A DNA stretch of 64,000 nucleotides from assembly GCA_001774685.1 (NCBI GenBank), contig MFAS01000001.1:9268-73267 (forward strand), read 5' to 3'. The translations under genes were made by a program, and so were the position numbers. The number at the start of each line of letters is the position of its first letter. Positions within the stretch are counted from its first letter, which is position 1. Origin of the DNA: Candidatus Collierbacteria bacterium RIFOXYD2_FULL_45_13 (lineage in GTDB: Bacteria > Patescibacteriota > Microgenomatia > UBA1400 > MFAQ01). Of this stretch, positions 48,980 through 58,366 are shown one piece after another. The notes beneath the pieces are model-generated. The model saw only the letters and a program-made list of their open reading frames with translations, did not search any database and was not told the DNA's origin.

Positions 48980-49315
48980 ATGTCAGCAGGAATGAACGCA
49001 AGTGACTTCTATTTGCTTCCACCTCAAGAGCAACTTCCCTGTTTTCTCAGCTTCTTGAGGAATGGTAAGAACAAAGACAAAAGCCCGTTCCCATGCAAAG
49101 TTACCCTACGCGGAAAAGGAACAGTTCCTCTTGGTTCGAGCAAAAACACAATCACCGGGGCTCAAATCAAGGGCGAATTCATTGTAATATCGCTCAAATC
49201 ACCCGCTTGGGGCCAACAGAGGTACGAAGTCTTCTTCTACAACGGGAAACCCTACTGCCGCATTCCAGACGCTCAAGGAAGAGGCATTGATCCCGAGTTC
49301 ACACTCGAACTGTAG
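48980..49315 (+). CDS. Small hypothetical protein (111 aa)
   Basis: Strong AGGAGG RBS, upstream promoter and downstream terminator. No homology was recognised. Confidence 0.5.
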   Translation: MSAGMNASDFYLLPPQEQLPCFLSFLRNGKNKDKSPFPCKVTLRGKGTVPLGSSKNTITGAQIKGEFIVISLKSPAWGQQRYEVFFYNGKPYCRIPDAQGRGIDPEFTLEL

Positions 49316-49328
49316 CACCAACCGGCAA

Positions 49329-49360
49329 CAAAAAGACTCCCACATGGGAGTCTTTTTCAT
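49329..49360. terminator. Bidirectional rho-independent terminator (aaaaAGACTCCCacatGGGAGTCTtttt)
   Basis: Perfect hairpin with A/T runs on both sides, between convergent genes. Confidence 0.7.
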
Positions 49361-50829
49361 TTTTTCACCCTTAGCGGCGGGAACAGTACCCCTTCGCGTC
49401 CGGAAATATCTTCCAGGAACCAGAAAAGTCTTTCCGAATGCCCCCAGCCGGAAGTTGGTGGCATACCATATTCCAGCATCTCCACAAAGTCGGTGTCCAG
49501 CATCTGTGCCTCCTCATCTCCCGCCTCCCTCTGAGCCTGTTGTTCTTCAAACCTAGCCCTCTGATCCTCCGGATCATTCAGCTCGGTATAGCCATTCCCC
49601 AATTCAGATCCGGCAATGATGACATGAAATCTTTCAGTTAGTTCCGGATTCTCCGGCTTACTCTTAGCCAAAGGTGACATAAACTTCGGTTCATTTATTA
49701 GGTAGGCCGGTCCGGCAATTGTTTTCCGGATTATCTTCCAGCAGTTGTCTATCAACCGACTTCTATTTATCGCTCCGGTCAGGACCACCCCACTCTTTTT
49801 TACCGCCGCCAACATTTCTTCGTCGGTCGACTTAAAAATATCAATGCCCAGCTTCTCTTTAATTATTTCCACATAATCAATCTCCGCCCATTCGTGAGCC
49901 AGATCATATTCCATCCCTCTACTCACAAACTTTGTCTTCCCATAGACTTCCTTAGCAATATATCGGAAAAGTTCTTTCACGAGCTCCATGTTGTCCCGGT
50001 AATCAGCATATGCCCAGTACCACTCGCACTGGTAATACTCCGGCAAATGTTCATCATCCATCCCCTCGTTACGAAAATTAGGTCCAATGGTATAAATCTT
50101 TTCATACCCAGCCCCAATCAATCTTTTTTGATAGAGTTCGGTCGAGATTCTCAAAAAGAAGTCCTGATCAATTGCGTTCATATGGGTAACAAATGGCTTG
50201 GCGTCAGCTCCACCAGTGACACTTTCTAATACTGGCGTCTCCACTTCGATAAACCCTTTATTTTTCAGAAAACTCCTTGTTACTTCCCAAAACTTGGCTT
50301 TTCTTTCAAACCTTCTCATTTTTTCTGAATCCATCAATAGATCCAAATATCTTTTGCGGAAAGCCTCGTCTGGATTCTCTATCCCCGCCCATTTATCCGG
50401 TAGGGGTAGTCTTGATTTTGCCAAAAGCTTGATCGCACTTACTTGCAGAGACACCTCACCGGTTCTGGTCTTCACTATTTGCCCACCGGCTTGAATGATG
50501 TCACCAATGTCTAATAGCTCCAAGTCTTCAAAACCCAGCGTCTGCTTTTCCTTATCAGTCGGCCCCATGCCATCAGCACGGATAAACAGCTGAATCCTGC
50601 CACTCTGATCTTGAATTTGTCCAAAAATTAGTTTCCCGTGCTCTCTCCAAGCCATAATTCTCCCGGCCAAGATCATCTCCTTGCCATCATACTTCTCAAA
50701 ATTATCCACGACAATTTGGTTCTCAGCTTGTTTCTCGGATCTCGCCGGATACAGCTCAACCCCCATCAATTTCAGGGTTTCCACCTTCTTCTCTCGTTCC
50801 TTTAATATCTCTTCCAGTCTGCTTGCCAT
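49357..50829 (-). CDS. lysS: Lysyl-tRNA synthetase, class II
   Basis: 490 aa. N-terminal OB anticodon-binding region followed by a class II core. Confidence 0.93.
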   Translation of the reverse strand: MASRLEEILKEREKKVETLKLMGVELYPARSEKQAENQIVVDNFEKYDGKEMILAGRIMAWREHGKLIFGQIQDQSGRIQLFIRADGMGPTDKEKQTLGFEDLELLDIGDIIQAGGQIVKTRTGEVSLQVSAIKLLAKSRLPLPDKWAGIENPDEAFRKRYLDLLMDSEKMRRFERKAKFWEVTRSFLKNKGFIEVETPVLESVTGGADAKPFVTHMNAIDQDFFLRISTELYQKRLIGAGYEKIYTIGPNFRNEGMDDEHLPEYYQCEWYWAYADYRDNMELVKELFRYIAKEVYGKTKFVSRGMEYDLAHEWAEIDYVEIIKEKLGIDIFKSTDEEMLAAVKKSGVVLTGAINRSRLIDNCWKIIRKTIAGPAYLINEPKFMSPLAKSKPENPELTERFHVIIAGSELGNGYTELNDPEDQRARFEEQQAQREAGDEEAQMLDTDFVEMLEYGMPPTSGWGHSERLFWFLEDISGREGVLFPPLRVKK

Positions 50830-50898
50830 AGCTACTATTCTAACATCGACTTGTGGTATGCTTTGAGCAATTCCACTTTGAAATTCATCGGAGGAAAC

Positions 50899-51315
50899 AT
50901 GGATCTACCATCCATCAAAGACTATCTTTTAGCCTATTTTTTTGGAGAGTTCGACCACGACCTGATTAACGATCAATCCAACGACCCCTACTTGCACGTC
51001 AGCATCATCACCAGTTCTGAAACAAATCCTCACCGTGACAGCTTCGGACTCTATCTCAAAAAGAAAGACCGGCCAGCTACCCACACCGCCTTTACCACCG
51101 CCAATATGGCTGCTGCGCTGGTTTTGGAAGGCAAGTACCTCCTCCAAAAACCTTCAGGAGCTCAGCCTGTCGATGATACCGTTGGTTACACGAAGGGTAT
51201 CAACATCGGGAAAAATCAGATCATTATTGTGACCGTGATTACCCGAGATCCCGAAGACGCCAAATTCGTCAGCAAGATGATCACGAACAAGATCCTTGCC
51301 TTCGTTGGAAAATGA
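50899..51315 (+). CDS. Hypothetical protein (about 138 aa)
   Basis: ORF followed by a hairpin terminator. The start is ambiguous between 50851 and 50899. Confidence 0.4.
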   Translation: MDLPSIKDYLLAYFFGEFDHDLINDQSNDPYLHVSIITSSETNPHRDSFGLYLKKKDRPATHTAFTTANMAAALVLEGKYLLQKPSGAQPVDDTVGYTKGINIGKNQIIIVTVITRDPEDAKFVSKMITNKILAFVGK

Positions 51316-51317
51316 AT

Positions 51318-51348
51318 TTTTGCCCCGCGTCACAGCGGGGCTTTTCTC
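51318..51348 (+). terminator. Rho-independent terminator (GCCCCGCgtcacaGCGGGGCttttctc)
   Basis: GC hairpin followed by a T-tract. Confidence 0.65.
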
Positions 51349-53050
51349 ACATCTTCTCCACCACCTCTATGCCCAATATCTCCAAACCGCTCTTGATAAC
51401 CAATCCGGTCACAGCTACCAGTAGCAGTCTCAAGTTTTCTTCTGGCACCCCGATTACTCTACTCCTGTCATAGAATCCGTTGAATTTTTGTGCCAACTCA
51501 AACAGGGTTTGACATATCAAATGGGGTGCAAAGTTCTTTGCGGCATTTTCCACCATTTCACCTTCGCCAATCCGCAAAACCAACCATCTCGCCAATCGAC
51601 TTTCGTCATCATTGAGTTTCTGGTTTCTTGAATTCTTAACTTCACCGATTTTTACCCCCACCTTCTCCAATATTCCTTTAGTTCTTACATACACATACTG
51701 TAAATAGGGACCACTATTCCCCTCCATACTAAGAGCTTCCTCCCACTTAAATTCATAGTTGGATTCTGGCGATCTTCTCAGCTCGTTATATTTGATTGCC
51801 CCCATTCCAATTTTTTCGGAGATCACTTCTATATTTTTTTCCTTTGCCACCTTTTTCGCCTCCTCGCCCGCTCTGAAAATTAAATCTTCAAGTTTAATAT
51901 TGGTGCCCTTTCTTGTACTCATCTTCTCCCCGCCAAACGTCATCAATCCATGTGCCACATGTTTGAACTCTACAGTCTTGGCATCTTCCCAGAGGAACTT
52001 AACCGCCTCAAACACCTGCCTGAAATGTAGAGTCTGTTCCGACCCCACTTCGTATACATACAGATCGGACCTTAATTCCACATCATCAAGTCTCTTTCTT
52101 ATCGTCGCCAAGTCTCGGGTAAAATACGTCGTCGTCCCATCTGATTTTTGCAACATCGCCGGTGGCAAATATTCTTTTCCGTCTTTCTCAAATTTGATGA
52201 TTAGGGCCCCTCTTTCGCCTTCCGTTGCCACATCGATTTCCATCGCTTCTTCAATTATTCCCGGCATCGTTTTTAGATAAACACTCTCTCCATATTCATG
52301 TTCAAAACTTACTCCCAGTTTGTGATATATCTGCGCAAATTCTTTCATGGAAATCTCAATACATTCCCTCCAAATCTTTTTGGCGTTTTCATCTCCACTT
52401 TCCAATCTGGCAAAGGCGTCTCTTGCTTTATCCTTCAGTTCGGGTGTCGTTTCTATTCTCTTGTTAAATTCGATATACAAATTTTCAAAGTCTGTCACCG
52501 TCATTTTTGAAACATCAAAATTCTTCTCTTCGGCCGCGGCAATAATCATTCCAAACTGCGTCCCCCAATCTCCCAAGTGATTATCATTAGTTACTTCGGC
52601 ACCACTGTGTTTATAAAGATTAAACAAAGCCTGTCCGATGATGGTAGATCGTAAATGTCCTACCGAAAATCTTTTAGCTATATTTGGTGAAGAATACTCC
52701 ACCAATACTTTTTTGCCGGACATAAAATCACTATCCAGACAATGACCGTCATTCTTTAACATTTCACTTAGCCTCTCTGTTAAAACCTCATCCTTTATCC
52801 AAAAGTTAATAAAGCCTGGTCCAGCGACCTCAATTTTTTCGACCACCTCCATCAATCTTTCATCCTTTTCTAGCTTCGCAATAATATCAGTAGCCAATTC
52901 TCGAGGAGCTTTCTCAAGCTGTTTCGCCATTAACAATGCAACATTGCTAGCATAATCACCCATCCTTTCGTCTCCCGGATGTTCGACCGAAAAGTCTCGA
53001 GGTCCAAAAATCTCCTCAATGGACTTTTTAATTATTTCTTTTATATTCAA
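51347..53050 (-). CDS. argS: Arginyl-tRNA synthetase
   Basis: 567 aa with HIGH-region (VGHLRSTIIG) and class I ArgRS architecture. It appears to use a TTG start. Confidence 0.93.
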   Translation of the reverse strand: MNIKEIIKKSIEEIFGPRDFSVEHPGDERMGDYASNVALLMAKQLEKAPRELATDIIAKLEKDERLMEVVEKIEVAGPGFINFWIKDEVLTERLSEMLKNDGHCLDSDFMSGKKVLVEYSSPNIAKRFSVGHLRSTIIGQALFNLYKHSGAEVTNDNHLGDWGTQFGMIIAAAEEKNFDVSKMTVTDFENLYIEFNKRIETTPELKDKARDAFARLESGDENAKKIWRECIEISMKEFAQIYHKLGVSFEHEYGESVYLKTMPGIIEEAMEIDVATEGERGALIIKFEKDGKEYLPPAMLQKSDGTTTYFTRDLATIRKRLDDVELRSDLYVYEVGSEQTLHFRQVFEAVKFLWEDAKTVEFKHVAHGLMTFGGEKMSTRKGTNIKLEDLIFRAGEEAKKVAKEKNIEVISEKIGMGAIKYNELRRSPESNYEFKWEEALSMEGNSGPYLQYVYVRTKGILEKVGVKIGEVKNSRNQKLNDDESRLARWLVLRIGEGEMVENAAKNFAPHLICQTLFELAQKFNGFYDRSRVIGVPEENLRLLLVAVTGLVIKSGLEILGIEVVEKM

Positions 53051-53342
53051 GCTTTGTAACGAAGTTACATGCGAATAAAAGAGGAAGCGCAGTCTGGATA
53101 CTTCAATAATAATTTATTATTGAAGAGGAGACGAGCATGCTCTTATTTTCCACATTTTAATAATAAACCCCTCACTTAAGCCAAGATTAATCTTAACTCA
53201 AGTCAGGGGTCTTCAGACGGCCTGTCGGCCGGGAGGACGGTACCACCCTTTGTTTCACTCTTTGTGCTGTTTCGGGCTACCCCGGCGGCATTTCCTCCGC
53301 TAGCTCAGGGACGCGACTCCCTTCAAAGCTGGATATATTCTA
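53051..53342 (-). promoter_or_regulatory. T-box riboswitch leader of argS
   Basis: Minus-sense AAAGGGUGGUACCGUCC (+ strand 53235-53252) matches the T-box consensus AGGGUGGNACCGCG. A long terminator hairpin at 53167-53209 is followed by UUUAUUAUU. The candidate specifier hairpin loop GUCGCGU contains CGC (Arg). Confidence 0.55.
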
Positions 53343-53366
53343 GCACCTTCCTGTATTATTAAATCC

Positions 53367-54434
53367 ATGCCCAAGCCACTGGTAATAATTATTACGCTCA
53401 TTGCCAATCTCTTCTTCGGCGGCAAGCTACCCGCCTTTATGAATTCAGGAAACAAACCGATAGTTGACCCCATCACCGAACAAGTATCCGGTATGACTTT
53501 GGAGGAAAAGGTTCGCCAAACCTTTGTTTGCAGTTACGACGGAAAGACCCTTGATAAGGCTCTGTTGATATTAAAAAGTTGTGGCAACATCATCTACTCA
53601 AAAAGCAACACCGACGGTTTGACCGAAAAAGAAATCTTCGATAACAATCAACAAATCCACCAGCAAGACCCTCTTTCATGGATCATGGTAGACCAAGAAG
53701 GCGGCAAAGTTGCCAGAATTAAAGATGGATCACCGTCACCACGAAAAATGGCTGAGGATAATACAGTCTCCTACTGGGGCCAACAGCACGGACGAACTCT
53801 CAAGGACTTAGGCTTCAATGTAGATCTTGCACCCGTAGCCGATATTACCTCAAACAATCCGGTAATAGAGAACCGCTCCTTCGCCGATGATCCGGCTATC
53901 GACGGCACAAAAGCCACGGAATATCTCGTTGCTCTCCAAACCCAAGGAATAGTGGGTGTGATTAAACACCTTCCGGGTCACGGAAGGGTTGATTCCGACA
54001 CGCACAAGAAGACGGGTTCCCTTGACTACAGCTGGGAAGAAATAAAGAACTTTGATTTGATTCCTTTTATAGACACTATTAACAATGGCGCTAGAATCGT
54101 TATGATTGGGCATATCATCATCCCGGAACTAGATAAAAAGCCGGCCAGTATCAGCTCTATCGTTTTAGATAAGCTCAGATCTGCTCTTCCTAATGGGAAT
54201 GACTTAATCTTTCTTACCGACTCTCTCTCCATGTCAGGGGTCGGCCTACCTCAAGCCCAAGCCGCCGTCGCGGCTCTTAAAGCCGGTGAAGACATGATTC
54301 TGTTACAAGGCATCGACCCCAAGCCTCTTTATGAGCACATTATCGCCGCCTACAATAACGGTACTCTCGATAGAACAAAACTTGATCAATCGATTACCAG
54401 AATACTTCGGGTCAAAAGGCAATTTACCAACTAG
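53367..54434 (+). CDS. nagZ: Glycoside hydrolase family 3 beta-N-acetylhexosaminidase (NagZ-like)
   Basis: MVDQEGGKVARI, DLAPVADI, RSFADDP and KHLPGHG motifs. Confidence 0.75.
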   Translation: MPKPLVIIITLIANLFFGGKLPAFMNSGNKPIVDPITEQVSGMTLEEKVRQTFVCSYDGKTLDKALLILKSCGNIIYSKSNTDGLTEKEIFDNNQQIHQQDPLSWIMVDQEGGKVARIKDGSPSPRKMAEDNTVSYWGQQHGRTLKDLGFNVDLAPVADITSNNPVIENRSFADDPAIDGTKATEYLVALQTQGIVGVIKHLPGHGRVDSDTHKKTGSLDYSWEEIKNFDLIPFIDTINNGARIVMIGHIIIPELDKKPASISSIVLDKLRSALPNGNDLIFLTDSLSMSGVGLPQAQAAVAALKAGEDMILLQGIDPKPLYEHIIAAYNNGTLDRTKLDQSITRILRVKRQFTN

Positions 54435-55395
54435 CAGTTTTTCCGGTTAAATACTTCTCTGCATCCAGTGCCGCCTGACACCCCATACCGGCGGCGGTGA
54501 TCGCCTGCTTATACTTGAAGTCCACCACATCACCACAGCCAAAAACTCCGTCTACAGAAGTCATTGTTGGATACCCTTCAAGCCAAACTTTAACGTCTCC
54601 GTTTGTTATTCCCGTTTTCAAAAAACCTTTGTCATCCAGATCCACCTGACCCTTAAACAGTTCGGTTGCCGGAAAATGCCCAATAGCCAAAAACAATCCA
54701 TCAACTACTATATCGGTTGTCAATCCGGTCTCCACATTCTTAATTTTTATTCCTTCCAGTTTTTCCGACCCTTTAACTTCTACCACCTCACTTTTCCAAA
54801 TTATTTTTATTTTCGGATTTGCTGTCACCCTCTCCTGCATTATCTTGCTGGCTTTGAGAGAATCCCTTCTATGAATCAAATATACTTCGCTCGCATATTT
54901 TGCCAGAGCCAAAGCATCCTCCATAGCCGCATCTCCTCCCCCAACCACAGCAGAAATCTTTTCTTTAAAGAAAGCCGCGTCGCAGACGGCACAAGTGCTG
55001 ACCCCTTTCCCCATCCACTTTTCCTCACCCAACCCAAGCATTTTCGAAGACGCCCCCGTTGAGATAATCACCGCCTTTGCCTTAACTTCCTCATCTCCCA
55101 CCCAAACCCTTTTGGTTTCACCAATCAACTCAACTTTCGTAACATCTTCATATCGCACCTCGGCTCCAAATTTTTTCGCTTGAGCCTCCATGGTCATCAT
55201 CAAATCTGGCCCCATAACCCCGTCTTTAAATCCCGGAAAATTTTCCACTTCGGTTGTATTCATCAGCTGACCTCCAGCCTTCGTTCCCGCCAACACCAAA
55301 ACAGATAGTGTTGCTCGAGACAAATATATTGCCGCCGTATATCCACTTGGTCCACCACCAACAATTACTACATCCCACTTTTTATCTTCCATCAT
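54424..55395 (-). CDS. trxB: Thioredoxin reductase
   Basis: VIVGGGPSGYTAAIY FAD motif and redox-active CAVCD. Confidence 0.9.
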   Translation of the reverse strand: MMEDKKWDVVIVGGGPSGYTAAIYLSRATLSVLVLAGTKAGGQLMNTTEVENFPGFKDGVMGPDLMMTMEAQAKKFGAEVRYEDVTKVELIGETKRVWVGDEEVKAKAVIISTGASSKMLGLGEEKWMGKGVSTCAVCDAAFFKEKISAVVGGGDAAMEDALALAKYASEVYLIHRRDSLKASKIMQERVTANPKIKIIWKSEVVEVKGSEKLEGIKIKNVETGLTTDIVVDGLFLAIGHFPATELFKGQVDLDDKGFLKTGITNGDVKVWLEGYPTMTSVDGVFGCGDVVDFKYKQAITAAGMGCQAALDAEKYLTGKTASW

Positions 55396-55426
55396 AAAAT
55401 ATTTATCAGTAAATTATTATGCGGCG

Positions 55427-55508
55427 CAGAAGTCTAGCCAATAACCGCACGCAGGCGGGACCCGGTACTCCAGGGAGATCCGAGTACGGTTTTGGCGGAC
55501 TTCGAACC
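55427..55508. repeat. Copy 3 of the 82-nt intergenic element
   Basis: About 93% identical to the other two copies. It lies between trxA and trxB. Confidence 0.8.
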
Positions 55509-55525
55509 GCAAGACAATTTTCAAA

Positions 55526-55849
55526 TTACTTAATAATCTTCTCAATCATTTGGATGTAGGCATCCTTGCCTCCAAAACCCACCTGTCTCGCCACCTCTTT
55601 GCCTTTTTGATACAGGATAACCGTTGGAATACTCATGACACCATAATCTCCTGCTACTTTGGAGTTGGCATCCACATCCACTTTACCTACCTTGATTTTT
55701 CCCTCGTAAGTATTCGCTAACTCATCGACAATGGGGGATACCAAGCGACACGGGCCACACCAATCGGCATAGAAATCTACCAATACAGGTGTTTCGGATT
55801 TAAGAACCTCATCGTTAAAATTTTGGTCGGTAAATTTTGCTACAGACAT
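55526..55849 (-). CDS. trxA: Thioredoxin
   Basis: WCGPC active site. Confidence 0.9.
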   Translation of the reverse strand: MSVAKFTDQNFNDEVLKSETPVLVDFYADWCGPCRLVSPIVDELANTYEGKIKVGKVDVDANSKVAGDYGVMSIPTVILYQKGKEVARQVGFGGKDAYIQMIEKIIK

Positions 55850-55872
55850 TGTATGTTTATATTAATTAATGA

Positions 55873-56100
55873 TTAAAGAAATCGCTTTAATAACTTAGCA
55901 TATTCTTCTTTGTTACAACTATCCATCGCATCTGCTAACAAAGCCTTCGCGACACTTTTAAGCGAACTCATCGAAGCTACCACCTGAGTTACCACCGCTT
56001 CACACTTCTTGTCCTCAGAAATCATTTTCTCGATTCCCCCCACTTGACCCTGAATTCTTTTCAGAGCAACTTGTAACTTTTTCTTTTCCTCAATTGTCAT
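55873..56100 (-). CDS. CsoR/RcnR/FrmR-family (DUF156) metal/stress-responsive repressor
   Basis: 75 aa. LKRIQGQVGGIEKMISEDKKCEAV resembles the CsoR helix-1/helix-2 region. Confidence 0.6.
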   Translation of the reverse strand: MTIEEKKKLQVALKRIQGQVGGIEKMISEDKKCEAVVTQVVASMSSLKSVAKALLADAMDSCNKEEYAKLLKRFL

Positions 56101-56173
56101 AAATATGAAATATAAAATCTAAAATCCTAAATATGATGATACCCCCAGTGGTATATTCTTGTCAACCCTTGAC

Positions 56174-56749
56174 TTAAAAGTTCAGCGCCAACAAGCCAAA
56201 CATCACCGACACCAGTATCACGAACCATCTTTTCTCTTCCTGACTCACCTCTCTTTTTATCTGCCAAAACCAAAGATCAAACCGGCCGTGATTCCAAAAA
56301 TAGTCATAGATCAAATCAAACACCAAATGAACTCCAATCCCCAGCATAAAACCCCGTGCAAACGAGCTTGATACACTGGTTACCGTCAAGAGAGCCATTA
56401 TCATCCACACCAGCAGAAACAAGACGCCCCTCATTACCAATTCTTTCTGCTCATGTCTTTCGTTCAACAGGGTAATTATTCCTTCAACAAATTTGTTTCT
56501 TCCAAACAAATCCTTCAATCTTGTCCCCAATGCCTCATCCGGTCTCATCAGAAAGCTGTATACAAATCGATCACAAAAAACAAACAGAAAACCGATTATT
56601 CCTCCAAGCAACCACCATAGAAGATCTATCCCAAAGATAAAGTTTCCCGTCAGTACCTTAAATAAAATTAAGAAGGCAAATACACCAAACAAAACATACT
56701 CATGCAAGACTACCTTATCTTTCATCATAGCTAAATCTAATTTTAGCAT
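56174..56749 (-). CDS. Hypothetical membrane protein (about 5 TM helices)
   Basis: Hydrophobic pattern only. Confidence 0.45.
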   Translation of the reverse strand: MLKLDLAMMKDKVVLHEYVLFGVFAFLILFKVLTGNFIFGIDLLWWLLGGIIGFLFVFCDRFVYSFLMRPDEALGTRLKDLFGRNKFVEGIITLLNERHEQKELVMRGVLFLLVWMIMALLTVTSVSSSFARGFMLGIGVHLVFDLIYDYFWNHGRFDLWFWQIKREVSQEEKRWFVILVSVMFGLLALNF

Positions 56750-57999
56750 TAATTACTCCAAGTCTTTATTTCTATCTGGGGTAATTTAATTTTTTTTGGT
56801 GTGACCGCAAGCAAAATTGCAGACACCAAAATCATCATCGTACCCATTACCACAAAGGTGTTTTTCTCACCTACAAATTGTGATATCAAACCCGCCAGAA
56901 TCGGACCAACAATGTATGCGACGCTCAAAGTCGACCCGGAAAGCCCAACCATATGTTTCCCCTCGCTCCCCATACGACTGACAATATCCGAGTACACAGC
57001 GTCGGTCAAAGGCCATGAAACAGAAAGCATTGTCCCTACCAAGAGAGAAACAGTCAAGGCAACCACCACACTATCGCTTGGACCAAGCATCACTAACAAT
57101 AGACCGGAAACCAGCATAAATATTTCAGCCAACTTCTTTTTCCCTTTATATACTCCCCATCGAGCAATCACCACACCCACGAATACCATCGGCAAGGTAT
57201 ATAAAGGCAAAAACAAACCTCCCCACCAGGTTTGTTTCGCCAAATTATCGGAAAACACCGTGCCGGTAGTCCAATAGGTTGCGTCGACTACTCCCATCAT
57301 CAAGCTGATAGCCAAAACTGGCCAGACCCGCTCAGACAAAGTCCACCAATGTTGAATTTCCTTCAGTAAGTTTACTCTTTCTGCAGGTTCATCTACTATA
57401 GGCTCTCTGTTGCTTCTTCCCATAATCACCCAAATCAGATAACCAAGTGCAACGCACACGATCGCCGACACCACCACCCAATAGTCCCCTTTACTTAGTG
57501 CCAAATAGCTACCAAGTATGGGCCCAATGAAGTAGGCAAGGCTTCTAAATGCACTCATCACCGCCCACACTCCCGACCTGGCGGTTATAGGTACGGATTC
57601 GGACACAAACGCCTGACCGCCAAATCCTAAAAACTCGTAATATATTCCCCATACACCCATAGCCAACAAAAAGAGCACCACAAGTGGCCAAGCCACACTC
57701 CACAACAATACACCACAAAACACCAAGCTTGAACCGATGGCCATCAACAATACCTTTCTCGTCTTAACATGTTTTAACAATTGTGGGAAGACCAGGTCGG
57801 CTCCAAAACCAACCAAAGATGAAAATGAAATAATAATACCCATAAGCAACGGACTGTTTACCGAATCTTGGATAAAAGAAGGCACCCAATCGCTCAAGAT
57901 ACCATCACCCACAAAAACAAAGAACAGCATTACCGAAAGCATAACTGCCCTTCCCCAATAGCCTTTTAATAAACCTCCAACATCAAATTTCCTATTCAC
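56749..57999 (-). CDS. Major facilitator superfamily transporter
   Basis: 12 predicted TM helices, 416 aa, MFS-like. Confidence 0.6.
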   Translation of the reverse strand: MNRKFDVGGLLKGYWGRAVMLSVMLFFVFVGDGILSDWVPSFIQDSVNSPLLMGIIISFSSLVGFGADLVFPQLLKHVKTRKVLLMAIGSSLVFCGVLLWSVAWPLVVLFLLAMGVWGIYYEFLGFGGQAFVSESVPITARSGVWAVMSAFRSLAYFIGPILGSYLALSKGDYWVVVSAIVCVALGYLIWVIMGRSNREPIVDEPAERVNLLKEIQHWWTLSERVWPVLAISLMMGVVDATYWTTGTVFSDNLAKQTWWGGLFLPLYTLPMVFVGVVIARWGVYKGKKKLAEIFMLVSGLLLVMLGPSDSVVVALTVSLLVGTMLSVSWPLTDAVYSDIVSRMGSEGKHMVGLSGSTLSVAYIVGPILAGLISQFVGEKNTFVVMGTMMILVSAILLAVTPKKIKLPQIEIKTWSN

Positions 58000-58016
58000 C
58001 CATCCATTTTACTAGA

Positions 58017-58313
58017 TTACATCTCCCCCTTGCTTTTCTCTTCCTCCTTTAGTTGTTTGAGTTTCCACATAAACATTTTGCCCTTACTTCTTGCTCCGGC
58101 GTCCATTACGAAGCTTTTGGCTTTTTCAACCAGTTCCCGGGGCAAACTTTTTACTAGTCTCATATAAATGGCAGTGTGTTTTGTGTCATCCAGCGCCACA
58201 GCCAGACGATATGCATAATCCTGCCACTCCCTACTTATCCTTTTTTGCTTCGTCTCATCCAGCTCGTATTTATCGAGAATGTTCGTCATCGAGCTAAAGC
58301 CTTTTTTATCCAT
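58017..58313 (-). CDS. Hypothetical protein (98 aa)
   Basis: ORF only. Confidence 0.4.
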   Translation of the reverse strand: MDKKGFSSMTNILDKYELDETKQKRISREWQDYAYRLAVALDDTKHTAIYMRLVKSLPRELVEKAKSFVMDAGARSKGKMFMWKLKQLKEEEKSKGEM

Positions 58314-58366
58314 CAGTTACATTTTAACTGAATAAAAATTATAATAAGGATTGTTTCCATACCATT

